Shown one piece after another: positions 28,301-39,541 of a stretch of 64,000 nucleotides of DNA. The stretch's first letter is position 1. The number at the start of each line of letters is the position of its first letter. A program made the translations under genes and the position numbers. Source of the stretch: a virus (taxonomy: Duplodnaviria > Caudoviricetes); IMG/VR virus record IMGVR_UViG_3300031908_000001, positions 32,001 to 96,000 of that record; one strand, written 5' to 3'. Below the pieces are notes generated by a model. That model was given only the letters and a program-made list of their open reading frames with translations. It made no database searches and had not been told where the DNA came from.

Positions 28301-28747
28301 TTATTTTTTATCTGTACTGCCGTATCCACCGACTCCTCTTTCTGTTGATGATAATTCCTCTACTTCTATCCATTCAGCTTTCTCTGCTCTTGCAATTACT
28401 CCCTGAGCTATTGCTTGCCCTTTTTTAATTTCAATTGTGGAATAATAAAAATCACCATCACATTTATGATCAATAATCACTCCAATTTCTCCCCTATAAT
28501 CTGCATCAATTGTTCCTGGGGAATTGGCAATACGAATATAAGTTTTAAGTGATAATCCTGATCTTGGTCTTATCTGCATCTCAAATCCTTCTGGAATCTC
28601 TAAGGCAAAGCCAAGTTTAACAAGCACTGTTTCTCCTGGATATATTATTGCATCCTCACACGCTATCAAATCAAATCCGGCTGATAGTGCTGTTGCATAT
28701 TTTGGCAATACTGCGTCTGAATGAAATCTTTTTATCTTTATTTGCAT
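28301..28747 (-). CDS. dut: trimeric dUTPase
   Basis: AGFDL, RPRSG, GTIDADYRGE, AQ, RGVGGYGST motifs. Confidence 0.97.
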   Translation of the reverse strand: MQIKIKRFHSDAVLPKYATALSAGFDLIACEDAIIYPGETVLVKLGFALEIPEGFEMQIRPRSGLSLKTYIRIANSPGTIDADYRGEIGVIIDHKCDGDFYYSTIEIKKGQAIAQGVIARAEKAEWIEVEELSSTERGVGGYGSTDKK

Positions 28748-28756
28748 AATTTTGGT

Positions 28757-31700
28757 TTATTTATAATCTCCGCAACATTGACAAGTAACTTCGTATATAG
28801 ATGGAGGACCTGGTCTAACTTCTTCTCTCACCTCAATCTCGTCGCCTTGCTTTATCCAATGTGCTTGTTCTGATATTTTCCCAAGTACCCTATATATTGA
28901 CTCTCCATTGTCTTTGACAACTGTATATCTTCTTTCAAGGTATGAATCTTCTTCAGCAAATTTCAAGCAATGCATAGGAAACTTATTATCATTGACTACT
29001 GTAATCAAGTTGTCATATATGCCTGCAGTCTCTACCAAAAAGTCTTTGTGGTCAAACGTAACCTTCAATATTTCTCCACCATTCTCCTTAAGATTGCTTA
29101 CAATTGCAAATAAGCCAACTTTCTTTGATTTACTTTTTTTACTTATAAGATATGTTTCTCCACACGGATCAAGATCTCTTTCGCTTGTTAAAAGATCACC
29201 ATTTTCTAATATCTTTGTCACCTGAGTTACAATATGCAAGTCATTTATAATAGAGTCTCCAACTTTAATTTCTTCTTCTACTGGGATGTATTTTGCTATT
29301 GCCTTCATGATTATCCTACTTTAAAAATCTTTTCTATTTGATATAATCCTGGATCAAGTGTTTTTATCACTTCCATTGCTTGTGAATATGAGACAAATTC
29401 TGTACATGATTTAAATTCGCCAATACCATATGTAATTTCTCCACTTCCATGCAAAGAATGGTGAACTTTTTTTAAATAAAAAGAACTAGTGGGGAAATAT
29501 GTATTACAATCCTTTATTACAAATATTTCTTTCATGATTTTACTTCTCTATAATTTTTATGGAATTGATATACTACCCACTCCCTTTCCGATCTGGATAG
29601 TTTTGACTTCTTATTCTGAATAAGTCCAAATTCATCAATAATATTGACGTCTGGAGTTGGCTTCTTATGATCGCGGCCACCCATTAAGTAAGAACTCATC
29701 ATAGCACTTGCCATAAGCATTTTCACCATTTTAGATGAATGATCGGAAGTCTTCTTTGGTACCGGTTCGTACAAAACCCCATTTACCTCAATAGTATTCA
29801 TATTAAATTCTGTTTAATTATTGCGCCTATGATGATCATAAGCAACATTAGTGTTCCTATTATAAATTCTTTCTTGGTCATGGCTTCTGATTTGCTAATA
29901 CAATTATTTCTGATTTCAAATGTTGTATTTTATTAATTAGACCTTCAATTATCTGGTCTCTCTCCTCGGCATACTTTCTAATTGACTTTACAGCATCAAC
30001 CACTGTTATTACTCCTAAAGGATTTGTCTCTACTATATAAGATTCCTTGTTTAGGACCTCCGCAATGATGTCATGAGGAGTTTTATTTAATTTAAGCTCT
30101 GACATATCATTTTAAGTTATTAATGATCTCAGGTGCCTTAATATCATTCTGTCCGGCTATTGCTACACTCATTCTCCTAAGAACATCTTCTGTTTTATCT
30201 TCCAGTTCGCTTCTTTTATATCTATCACAATTCTTTGTGATAAAGTCTATTAGCTGCTCCCTGTATCTTTCTTCAGGTGTCATATGATTTATGTTTACAA
30301 ATGTAATACAAAGTTTTTGAATAATAAAAACTTTTATAAGTTATTTTTTTGGCAATGCTATAATCATTCCAACAAATATTGGAAAAAATATTGGTGCTGT
30401 AACGATTGACAAAATCCATCTTGCAAAATTAGATTTATCACCATTAATATGTGAGCCCAATAAATTACCAAACATTACCAAACATGAAAATGCGATATAG
30501 GTCCACAATGCTATCATAATTGTTTTTGTTTAAATTGTTCCGCGTACTCTTCCATTACTTCCAGCATAAATTGTTTTAAATCTGGAAGGTGTGATAAATC
30601 CAAATGAGTCTTGTTGTAACTATCCAGGATTTCTTCAGCCGTCTTTATTCGCGGCTCCAAATCTTCTTCCTGGACATCGTAAAATTCCCCCTCTCCATTG
30701 TCAGACACCAATGATACTGAATACCATTTCTTACCAACCATTAATCCATCTCTATCAGCTATTATTACAGCATCACCCTTATTTAATTCAGACCCCGATG
30801 GGAAATCTTTATTGATGATTGCCTTGTCTTCTAATCTAAATTTATATGCACTCATAATATTATTTTTTTACAAAATAAACTACGTCCAAAATATTTGTTG
30901 TTACAAAAACTTTATGATGATGAATCTCAATTGTTCCACCATTTACTCTATAAAGAGAGTAGCCATTTAAATGAACCGGATCTCCTATTATAACATAATG
31001 CCTATAATATGTGCCGGCAAGAAATATGTTGCCAGTCTCTTCATTGATACTTATTGAATTATCTTGCTTTCTTTCAAATACATTGAATCTTGAGATAGAA
31101 TAATTTAATGAATCAATTATATAATCTGGATCTTCTTTACTGATTTTTGTAAAATCCCATTTCTGATAAATAAGAATTTTTTCTGATTCTATCTTTGTTG
31201 TTTGGGCCACTGCTACATTAAGCATTCCCGTTATTAGTATTGCAAACAACAGAGATACAATAATTGTTTTTAAGTTACTTTTCATATACTTTTAAATTTT
31301 ATTAACAAACTACAAATACTTTTACTCCCCATCCAAGGGGCCAAAGCCAGCTTCTTTCTACTTGAATATAAGACTGTCTTTCACTTGTTCTGGTTGATTG
31401 ATTATTTTCTTTATTCAAAATTAAAAATTGTTTCTCCTGAATCTATCTTTGGAGGTAAAAGCTGAGTGTGAGTCTTTGATATGATCTCTTTCCCTGGGTT
31501 GCTTTACTCCTCTGTTTTGCTCATTTTCCTTGATCTGATAATTGAGCTCATGATTTGTGCTGAATTTTAACATGATCTTTTCGGTTTAAGTTGATAAATT
31601 TCATTAAGTTACTTAACGGTTGAAAGCTTATTAAATACAGTAGTCCACTCATATCCGCATTTTGTTATCACTCTGCAAAATGGACCGTGTTGCTCTAACA

Positions 31701-32257
31701 AAGTGACCTCTATTAACTCTTCATTCTCTTCAAACTCTATAAGATAAATTTGTCCTATAAGGAGAATATCAGTTTTCTTATATCCATGTTTTTTATGAAA
31801 ATAAGATTTAATTGACCACTGAATGGCTACTCCTGCTGCTATTATATAAAATAATTCTATAGGTACAAACATAATCTTTATCGTTTAATTAAAGGTAAAT
31901 AAATTATTTTAATTATCAAAACTTTTATTATATTTTATTTAATTATTTAATAAAAAAGTAGGATTTAAATTATTTAATAAGCCTGAGATCGTTAAGTTAC
32001 TTAATAGATTTTACATTCATCAGTTTCTTTAATCTCTTCTTCATTTTCCTTGGCATTTTTAATTTAAATGACGTAAGAGGATTTAAAAGATTATCTGGAA
32101 TCTGACAATAATTTTTAAAATCAAGAACATCTATTGCTTCTTTTTTGTCAAAAACAACTATTTCTTGATCAAAAGTTAATAAATGGTGAGTCATGTACAT
32201 TGCATTAATATGACCTGGATGTCCTAATAATACAATTCTCTTATCTTTTTCTTCCAT
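28757..32257 (-). other. run of small hypothetical genes (28757-29308, 29311-29535, 29532-29801, 29878-30105, 30514-30855, 30860-31285 with signal peptide, 31609-31872, 31997-32257)
   Basis: Tightly packed minus-strand ORFs; promoter elements at 30298-30339 and 31888-31930. Confidence 0.6.
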
Positions 32258-32259
32258 GT

Positions 32260-32535
32260 TTATTTAAGAATTAACCAGTTGCTTTTTCTTTTTACCGATT
32301 CCGGCATTATTTCTTCTAATTGCTTAGAATACAAATCTTCTAATTTTCCAATGATCTCGAAGATCTCTACACCAGTATTTATTCTCTTTACCTCATAAGC
32401 GCCTCTTTCATTAAAAACAAGATACTGTATGAATCCTTTTCCGGCGATCATATTCTTTGCATTCCTGGGTACCTTCATGAAATAAATAACATTGTCCACT
32501 GTCTTTCTACTTAACCTTACTTTGATTGCTGTCAT
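32260..32535 (-). CDS. hypothetical protein, paralog family with 32532, 32882 and 42289
   Basis: Shared IGKLEDL...EEI / WLIL pattern. Confidence 0.55.
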   Translation of the reverse strand: MTAIKVRLSRKTVDNVIYFMKVPRNAKNMIAGKGFIQYLVFNERGAYEVKRINTGVEIFEIIGKLEDLYSKQLEEIMPESVKRKSNWLILK

Positions 32536-32885
32536 AAAAAATCTTCATATTCTGTTCTGATTACCATATATTCATTAAATTCTCTGTCTCTTATCCCTAA
32601 CGCATGTGCTATAAATTTCAATGCTTCTACATGAGATTTTACATCTTTAATTAATCTCATCTCAGTTCCGCTATTAAAACATAATGTTGGAAATGGTGCT
32701 ATAATAAACCATAAATCACTTCCATCCAACTTTACCAGTTCTACGGCCTCTGCTTCGGATATGCTATTTAATTTTGGACCTTCGGTGTACGGTATTACTT
32801 CAGCATATACTGACAAGAAATGAATTATACACTTACCGGTATCTATGCCCTGAATTTTTCTAATATCTTCTTTTAGATGATTCAT
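32532..32885 (-). CDS. hypothetical protein (same family)
   Basis: KLNSISEAEA...LGIRDREFNEYMVI. Confidence 0.6.
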   Translation of the reverse strand: MNHLKEDIRKIQGIDTGKCIIHFLSVYAEVIPYTEGPKLNSISEAEAVELVKLDGSDLWFIIAPFPTLCFNSGTEMRLIKDVKSHVEALKFIAHALGIRDREFNEYMVIRTEYEDFL

Positions 32886-33236
32886 AGTTTTATTACTATA
32901 TATTTATCAAAGTCCTTTCTTGCAATTCCTCTACCCACTGCTTTCGAATATAAAAGATGTTCACACAAATCCTCTATTTTACAAGTTATATTTGCAGAAT
33001 ATAAATTCAACATTTGCCCCTCTGTTATTTTATCAATAAAACCAAGATATTCTGGACAATGGGTTTTAAAATAATGATCTGAGGTATCGTATAAGACTTT
33101 ATCATTTTTTAAAATCTGATATGTGTCACCCTCATGGATCGTTGTTAATTGACCAATTCCCCCAATAATCTTTCTATTGATCTTTAGCGAGAATATATCC
33201 GGCTATTTTGATAACTGCTTTTGGATGGTATTCCAT
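32882..33236 (-). pseudogene. frameshifted gene (one extra base), paralog of 32532-32885
   Basis: ATG 33236 gives MEYHPKAVIKIAGYILAK then an early TAG; the +1 frame continues INRKIIGG...GRGIARKDFDKYIVIKL to TGA 32882; length 355 = 3n+1; both ends overlap neighbours (TAATG, ATGA). Confidence 0.7.
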
Positions 33237-33544
33237 TAGTTCAATGAATTTAAATTTGGTTTTATCTTCTCCCACAATTCAAGTTGTACTTCAAGTACTT
33301 CTTCCTTGGTGACTATCTTTAGATTTTCTTTTTTTAAAAATTCAACCCTATTATCTAAACTTAGCTTTCTAAATTCCCAACCATTGGTATCAACAGCATC
33401 TTCAAACTTTCTTTTATTTGGTTTACAGATTGCTACATCAAAACTCCAATCTCCCTTTTCACGATTATAAAAATCAAAATTAAGTCTTACTACTATCATA
33501 ACTTTTGAGCCATCCGGTCTCTTAAATATTTTTTCGTGTCTCAT
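33236..33544 (-). CDS. hypothetical protein
   Basis: 102 aa in coupled gene run. Confidence 0.6.
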   Translation of the reverse strand: MRHEKIFKRPDGSKVMIVVRLNFDFYNREKGDWSFDVAICKPNKRKFEDAVDTNGWEFRKLSLDNRVEFLKKENLKIVTKEEVLEVQLELWEKIKPNLNSLN

Positions 33545-33696
33545 TGCTTTGTCGTTTTATCCTCTGTTGTGATTATCCAGACGCTGCCAACTTTCCTGGC
33601 CTTGATCTTTTCATTTACTATTTGCTTCTGTACGCCGGCACGTGTGAGGCCCTTTAATTCTGCGTACTGTGTTACTGTATATTCTTTGCTCTCCAT
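33541..33696 (-). CDS. excisionase/HTH_17-like DNA-binding protein (not in ORF track)
   Basis: MESKEYTVTQYAELKGLTRAGVQKQIVNEKIKARKVGSVWII, 51 aa. Confidence 0.75.
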   Translation of the reverse strand: MESKEYTVTQYAELKGLTRAGVQKQIVNEKIKARKVGSVWIITTEDKTTKQ

Positions 33697-34153
33697 CTTT
33701 AGTTGCTTAAATGTTTAAATCTCTTCAGTTAACCTTTGAATATTCCATAATAAAGATTTTCAATAAATCCATAATGGTATATTTGACTATTATAAAATGC
33801 CACCTTATCGTTAATTCTTTCATTTGGGTTTGTTATTTTTAACCAAAACTTTATGCTTTCTTTGTTGCTTATCATTGTAGTATGGGTTAATTATTTATTA
33901 CTTTTCTTTATCAACTTTACAACTAGAGATTCAAGTTGTTCCACCACACTTACTGGAATATTGCTTTCATTTTTAGCAGTCCATTGTAATGGTGATGAAA
34001 TTCCATTAATAATCGCAACCCTTTGATTTTTATAATACACATCTATTTGATCAACTGATTCACTTTTAAAGGGTTTAAATTTAAAAGTATTGCTGTCACT
34101 TATTAGACTTGGATTGATTATTTGTGTCATTGAAGTATCGTTTAATTGTTAAG

Positions 34154-34207
34154 TAAAGGTAATGAGTTTCTAATTAGAAACCAAATTTATTATAAAAGTT
34201 TTTATTA
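34154..34207 (-). promoter_or_regulatory. early promoter cassette (TTTG-N20-TACCTTTA) with internal 16-bp palindrome
   Basis: About 41 bp identical to 45607-45647; contains GTTTCTAATTAGAAAC and the 18-bp palindrome. Confidence 0.75.
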
Positions 34208-34224
34208 CATTATTCTTACATAAC

Positions 34225-34250
34225 AAAAATGGGAGACAAAATCTCCCACC
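34225..34250 (-). terminator. intrinsic terminator
   Basis: Minus strand TGGGAGA-TTTTG-TCTCCCA-TTTTTGTT. Confidence 0.75.
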
Positions 34251-34651
34251 TTTATTGATTTATTAACCCTTATTTACTGTTTTACCTTTTATCAATTCTT
34301 TTCCCATTCCAATAATTGCCCCTTATTGTGAGATATACATGGCCTCTTTTAGTCTGATCAGAAATCCATCTCTCTGCTTGCCCCACCGTTTTAAAACCAT
34401 CTATATATTTTTCATGTTTCCAACCAAGGCCAAATAATAATCTTAACCATGACATCTTGTACTCAGTCACGTAAAACTTTTGCATTCTGCCGGAGATCTT
34501 ATATGCTCTCATAATTAATCAAAGTCATCGTGTTCGTGAGTATGATAATGCTTTGTTCCTATGTTTCCAATGCCCCAGAAAATTACTGCTATCATTGCTA
34601 GGGTTCCAAAGTAGGTATAACCATTAGTAAATATAAATTTTAATACCTCTA

Positions 34652-35098
34652 TCATATATTCTTTTCTTTAAGTTCTGCAATTAATTTTTCTACTTTTGGC
34701 AACTGTGATTCCCAATCATTTGTATTAAGGTAAAATCTACCATCGTAACTTGGTTTATGAAGAGTATTTTTCTTCATAAAAGCAAATAAATTTTCTAAGT
34801 TACCAATTCTGGCATCATCTATAAAGCTCTCAAATCGATCTAATTGTTTTAGATCAAATTTAAGATCTTGAGCTCTGCTTTCAGTTTCATCTAGTGACAA
34901 TTCGTTTAAATCTTTTTTAGCTATTTCCTGAATGGTGCATGTTGCAGCACAACCATAACACGTTCCCTCAGAATAATGCCCAAAAGTATCCATTGCAACC
35001 TTAAAATCTTTTCTCTCAGACTGCCTCTTTAAGCCATCCACCATAAATTGCAAAGCCTTCCAGACCATGCCTTCACACTCTTTTCTTATACTTATCAT
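34652..35098 (-). CDS. hypothetical protein with CxxCxxxC motif
   Basis: CYGCAATC. Confidence 0.55.
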   Translation of the reverse strand: MISIRKECEGMVWKALQFMVDGLKRQSERKDFKVAMDTFGHYSEGTCYGCAATCTIQEIAKKDLNELSLDETESRAQDLKFDLKQLDRFESFIDDARIGNLENLFAFMKKNTLHKPSYDGRFYLNTNDWESQLPKVEKLIAELKEKNI

Positions 35099-35109
35099 AA
35101 ATCCTTAAG

Positions 35110-35619
35110 TTACTTATTTTCTTTACTCATTAATAAATTATAATACTCTTCATCTGTTTCACGAATATAATTCATTCTATCCTGAAAATCAAACAATTGA
35201 CTCATTATTTTTAAATCTCCACTGGCCCATTTATCGTGGCACCCTATCCTTCCTCCTATTGTTAAGCAATGATATCCTATATTGTTTTTATCTGTTTCCA
35301 GGTCCTTTCTTCTGCTCCTGGGTATTGAATGAGAATTGCTTAATGGAACTACTCCATCTGGCTCATGACATCCGGCACAAATATGCTCTCTCTCCTCTGC
35401 AATTTCCTTATAAACTTTTATCAGATCCTTATGAGCCTGTTTTTGCTTATTAGAAATCATTTTTGGCCTACTCCTTGCCATTATTTTACTCCTCTTGATA
35501 ATTTGTATGTGTTTTGTCTTGCCCTCTCCTAAACGCTTATTATTGCATTTAGAGCATAATTTAAAATGAGCGTTTGATAATACCCCTACAAAATTACATT
35601 CTGAGCAGTTTCCTATCAT
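35110..35619 (-). CDS. HNH/NinG-like nuclease with N-terminal Zn finger
   Basis: CSEC...CSKC; CAGC...SHSIPRS...NIGYHC...GCHDKW. Confidence 0.65.
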   Translation of the reverse strand: MIGNCSECNFVGVLSNAHFKLCSKCNNKRLGEGKTKHIQIIKRSKIMARSRPKMISNKQKQAHKDLIKVYKEIAEEREHICAGCHEPDGVVPLSNSHSIPRSRRKDLETDKNNIGYHCLTIGGRIGCHDKWASGDLKIMSQLFDFQDRMNYIRETDEEYYNLLMSKENK

Positions 35620-35882
35620 GACTTATCCATTAATTTCTTTAATACTGGATAACGCTGTCTTATTATTTCCCTGTCATCCACTTCTACTGCACCTAATTTT
35701 ATTGCCAATTGTTTCTTTTCCTTACAAACATCATAATGTGGGTGCGTTGGATGATCTTGAAACCATTTTCTCTTATGCCCTATCGCTTCGGCCATCTTGT
35801 GAAGCTCCTCAATATCCGGTGAGCTCATGTGACTCATTATCATTCTGCCAAACTTATACTCGCGTGTACCTACATAAACCAT
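35616..35882 (-). CDS. DUF4031-family protein
   Basis: MVYV...SHM...EELHKMAEAIG..RKWFQ...PHYDV...AIKLGAV. Confidence 0.85.
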   Translation of the reverse strand: MVYVGTREYKFGRMIMSHMSSPDIEELHKMAEAIGHKRKWFQDHPTHPHYDVCKEKKQLAIKLGAVEVDDREIIRQRYPVLKKLMDKS

Positions 35883-35883
35883 A

Positions 35884-36039
35884 TTATTCTACTTTAGTGG
35901 GGCTTACAGACTGCCATCTTTTTCCGGCTGCGGTTTTTCCGATATACAAAGTTGTCCCCCTTGGCGATGTGATTATATTTTCTACAGTGCCAACTATTCC
36001 ATTCTGACACATGGCCAGATCTCCTATTTTTACATTCAT
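35884..36039 (-). CDS. small KOW/SH3-like protein (not in ORF track)
   Basis: MNVKIGDLAMCQNGIVGTVENI..., 51 aa. Confidence 0.55.
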   Translation of the reverse strand: MNVKIGDLAMCQNGIVGTVENIITSPRGTTLYIGKTAAGKRWQSVSPTKVE

Positions 36040-36635
36040 ATAATTGATATCATTTGTAATAAATCTCTTATCTCCTCCATACTTTGAAATTTCTGATAAA
36101 GTCCGGTTGCATCAAAATTTGCCAGATCATTATTTGACCAGCAATATGGAACATAATTCGGATCCTCCATGCCTTCATACACAAACCATGCCGCAAGCTC
36201 TCCCTTATTTACTTTTACTGTATGAATGGTAGATGCATTCATTCCTATTACATCGCCTTGCTGTAGAATTTTTGATGAATTTTGAATTAATGATCTGTCT
36301 ATAAGATCAATTAAAGTAAATCCCATCTTTCCTGTTGTTATTTGAGACTGATAAAGCCACTTGGCCCTTGTTTCGACACTCTTTCCTGTCCTATATGTGA
36401 TGTTATTTATCTTTCCCCTCACTACTTCCAGAGTTAAATTACAATGGTGTGGATGAAGTGCCAAATTATCTCCCGCCATGTCATGATCTCTTTCAGCAAT
36501 ATAAAGCCTTACCGTCTGACCTGGAGAATCTATAAGCATGATTGAATGAAGTCCTTTCACATGACAGTTTTTAAGAGACTTATTTAATATAGTCTCCCAA
36601 TTCTGTCTTAATAAATGATTTAACAATCCTTTCAT
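36036..36635 (-). CDS. cupin-like protein
   Basis: HPHH...LEVVRG...IHTVKV metal-site pattern. Confidence 0.55.
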   Translation of the reverse strand: MKGLLNHLLRQNWETILNKSLKNCHVKGLHSIMLIDSPGQTVRLYIAERDHDMAGDNLALHPHHCNLTLEVVRGKINNITYRTGKSVETRAKWLYQSQITTGKMGFTLIDLIDRSLIQNSSKILQQGDVIGMNASTIHTVKVNKGELAAWFVYEGMEDPNYVPYCWSNNDLANFDATGLYQKFQSMEEIRDLLQMISII

Positions 36636-36833
36636 CTTCTTCTTAGTTCTTTAATTTGTTTCTTAAAATCAGAGCTTCCTCTATTCATTCTCCTCATCTC
36701 TCTTTCCATTTCTAGTGTGAATGGTGTGTTGCTGATATATTTGCCACATGAAGAATGATAGATCAAACCTGTACCTTGAAGCAGTTCTTCCCCTTGTCCA
36801 TCAGAGCCTGTATAGAATGTTCCCATGCTCATA

Positions 36834-37889
36834 TTATCCTTTGTTTTCTCCATTTATTGTCTTTCTGTATTGGACAAATCCCCTGAAATTGCCTGACCAA
36901 TGATTATTTTCATGTAATGCATCATATTTACTCATTGCCATTGCACAATGTTCAAATGGAGAAAAATGGCCCGATTGCATTAGTCTATCATGAAGCTTTA
37001 TGTCTGCTTCATAATTTGCAGGCTTTCCTTCTTCTCCTACTACTGTATAACTTACACGTGCGCATCTTGCAGTTGCGATCTTAACTTTACCTTCAGTCAT
37101 ATATTGATCAAACTTCTCCTTGGTTCGATAACCTTCTACTTCACCTTCTGCAGGTCTAGTATTATTTAAATCTAATGCTCCAAATAATTTATTTTGATCT
37201 ATCTGATCTCCGAAAGGAATATGCCACTCTCCTGCTTTCAATAGTTTTGGCTCACTTTCATTATAAGCATCCCACATTTTCTCGGCAAGATCCATCATAT
37301 GAATTTCTGCCTGAGCTTTGTTAAGTTGTAGCCATTCAAGATCTGATAATTTATCAACAGATCTTGGTTCAAAGATTTCAGTATTGTCAACTATATCTTT
37401 CACCAAATCCTTTTTACTTCTAAATGCTTGAAGATTTCTTCCAATATATTGTGGACATCTTAATGCAAAGAAATTTTCCCACTCTGTCGCTGTAATCAAT
37501 ACAGTATGATAGGCAAAGGGTTCTAATAAGCGGTTGCAGAGTTGTTTACTTACTCCAGATTCTGATAAATGTTTTGCTCCAGCTATAGCATATTTTCTAT
37601 TGTCTTCCCACATCAGCTCTCTTACAGCTATATCATGATCACTTGTAAAATATTCAGTTCCTTGCATTCCTGGATGATCTTTTTGCCATGCTATGGGAAT
37701 AAATGGATTCTCTTCTACTGATTTCACCATCTTAACAAATGGGATTGCTCTGGATGATGCAGAATTCTTACTTAGCATTCTGTGAGTATTGAGTTCTGCC
37801 AATATAAATCTTGGGAAGGTAGCCATCATTGTTGTTAGTCGATTGCTGAACTCGTTTTTGCTATCTGCTATTATTTTTGCACTTATCAT
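36834..37889 (-). CDS. thyX: FAD-dependent thymidylate synthase (Thy1)
   Basis: ELNTHRMLSKNSASSRAIP, KQLCNRLLEP, ARCARVSY, HFSPFEH. Confidence 0.9.
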   Translation of the reverse strand: MISAKIIADSKNEFSNRLTTMMATFPRFILAELNTHRMLSKNSASSRAIPFVKMVKSVEENPFIPIAWQKDHPGMQGTEYFTSDHDIAVRELMWEDNRKYAIAGAKHLSESGVSKQLCNRLLEPFAYHTVLITATEWENFFALRCPQYIGRNLQAFRSKKDLVKDIVDNTEIFEPRSVDKLSDLEWLQLNKAQAEIHMMDLAEKMWDAYNESEPKLLKAGEWHIPFGDQIDQNKLFGALDLNNTRPAEGEVEGYRTKEKFDQYMTEGKVKIATARCARVSYTVVGEEGKPANYEADIKLHDRLMQSGHFSPFEHCAMAMSKYDALHENNHWSGNFRGFVQYRKTINGENKG

Positions 37890-38356
37890 AATTTTTCGTC
37901 AAGTTGATTTTGATCGTAATCTTCTTCAAGTCCTTCAAACTTGTTATTATAAAATGGTTGAGAAGATTCTGTTTTCTCTCTTTCTAGATCATAAAAATAT
38001 TTATATTTACCAGACAATAGGTCATCTATAAATAAATTCATGCCTTTAATTCCCTTGTATTTTTCTTGAGTTTGAAAATCTTGAAAACAAAGATTAGAAA
38101 AACTATACATTATCCTCCTTACATCTTTTCTGGTAAACTCTTTCTCCTCTGGTATTATCTCTTCTATCCACTCTTTGTCTGTCAGATATACGCAATTCCT
38201 ATAAATGCCTGAATGAAATACTGCTGTCAGACCATATATAGTGTCTTCTACCTGATCTGTAGTTTCTCCAGCCTTAGTACCTGGAAGATCTTTTAGTAAC
38301 TTATATTTTTTTGCTTTTTCCATGATTAATCTTCTGCTTCTTGTTTCTTTGGACAT
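37886..38356 (-). CDS. modular hypothetical protein (LLKDLPG domain + FTRxD module)
   Basis: KYKLLKDLPG...EKEFTRKDV; tandem paralog of 38326. Confidence 0.6.
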   Translation of the reverse strand: MSKETRSRRLIMEKAKKYKLLKDLPGTKAGETTDQVEDTIYGLTAVFHSGIYRNCVYLTDKEWIEEIIPEEKEFTRKDVRRIMYSFSNLCFQDFQTQEKYKGIKGMNLFIDDLLSGKYKYFYDLEREKTESSQPFYNNKFEGLEEDYDQNQLDEKL

Positions 38357-38856
38357 GGTTTAACTGTATCTTGAGTTACACAAGCAGTACAATTTAATAG
38401 ATTCTTAAATACTCCATTAGACCAATCTCCTTTTAATTTTAATCTTCCATGTTGATCAATTCCCACTACTTCAAATGGAGTTGAGGCTGCTTGGTGTAGT
38501 ACAAAGTCCCCTATTTTGTATTGGATAGGCTCTTTGACTTTGTTTTCTTTTTCTTCTATAAAGGCATTCAATGTTGGTTGTAAGTGCTCATATTTGCCAA
38601 CATACGTCAACACTCTTCTTCCAAATTCTATCATATCCTGTCTTGTGAACTCTGGCTCTTCTATTTCTCTTACCCAGTCTGGACATTTTCTTCTATCCAG
38701 CGTTATGGTGTTTCCATCTCCACAATCTATAAAGGTAATATGAAAAGCCTCAACTCTTCCTTCATGTGTGATTGTAACATATTCTTCTGTTCTGGTTCCT
38801 TTTGGTATCCCTGGCAGATCTTTTAATAATTCAAATCTTCTTTTGCGTTGTTGCAT
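38326..38856 (-). CDS. modular hypothetical protein (LLKDLPG + FTRQD + KOW-like)
   Basis: RFELLKDLPG...EPEFTRQDM...YKIGDFV. Confidence 0.6.
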   Translation of the reverse strand: MQQRKRRFELLKDLPGIPKGTRTEEYVTITHEGRVEAFHITFIDCGDGNTITLDRRKCPDWVREIEEPEFTRQDMIEFGRRVLTYVGKYEHLQPTLNAFIEEKENKVKEPIQYKIGDFVLHQAASTPFEVVGIDQHGRLKLKGDWSNGVFKNLLNCTACVTQDTVKPCPKKQEAED

Positions 38857-39541
38857 AATTAAAATTGTTGTAATGTTTCCAAATCATAATAAACTATTCC
38901 TCCTAGTCCATTGGTACAGGAGAAGTAAGAATCTTGACATAAACTGTTTTCTGGGATCTGTTTAATCACTACTGCCACCCTTACGTCTGATTCATTTTCT
39001 AATTCCGGCAGTTCTGCATTTTGCGAATTACGAAAATTTGAAATAAAAGTATCATAGTCTTCTTTATTTAAATGAACTGAATGCACATTTATTCCAGTTG
39101 TGGATAATTGATATGCTGCATCACCTATATTTCTCATAATTATTTTAATAATGATTCTCGTTCATGATCCTTCAACATCTTTTTGAACTTTCTTTTAACC
39201 AATAGATACACTATTTGTCTCTTGATCCATATTTTTATATCAAAAATAATTGCACAAATAAAAAATATGGCCGCAATAGAATTAAAAATTGGAATAAATG
39301 ATAATACATAAAGTCCAGTTTCTTTTGCTCCTATATCTTTTCTCCATTTATTAGATGCAAAAACTACTACCGCTAACATGATTAGCGTTGAAATAATATA
39401 TATTAATTTAATCGTTGTCATGTCTTTAGTTTAAAAATCTACACTGCAATAACGCCAGGAGCCTTGTTTCTCTGATTGAGCAGCATTTAAGAAGATGCTT
39501 ATATCTCTCCGGCATCATTTCTATTTCCTGTACAATGTCTT

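Noticed and set aside
6619-31601. 19-bp inverted match (6619-6637 vs 31583-31601) as antisense regulation of the tail tube 3' UTR
   Set aside because: An AT-rich 19-mer match is plausible by chance in 64 kb, and there is no other support.
33174-33176. In-frame TAG suggesting amber recoding
   Set aside because: Better explained by a 1-bp frameshift. Long genes are intact under code 11, TAG and TGA end several genes, and no suppressor tRNA is seen.
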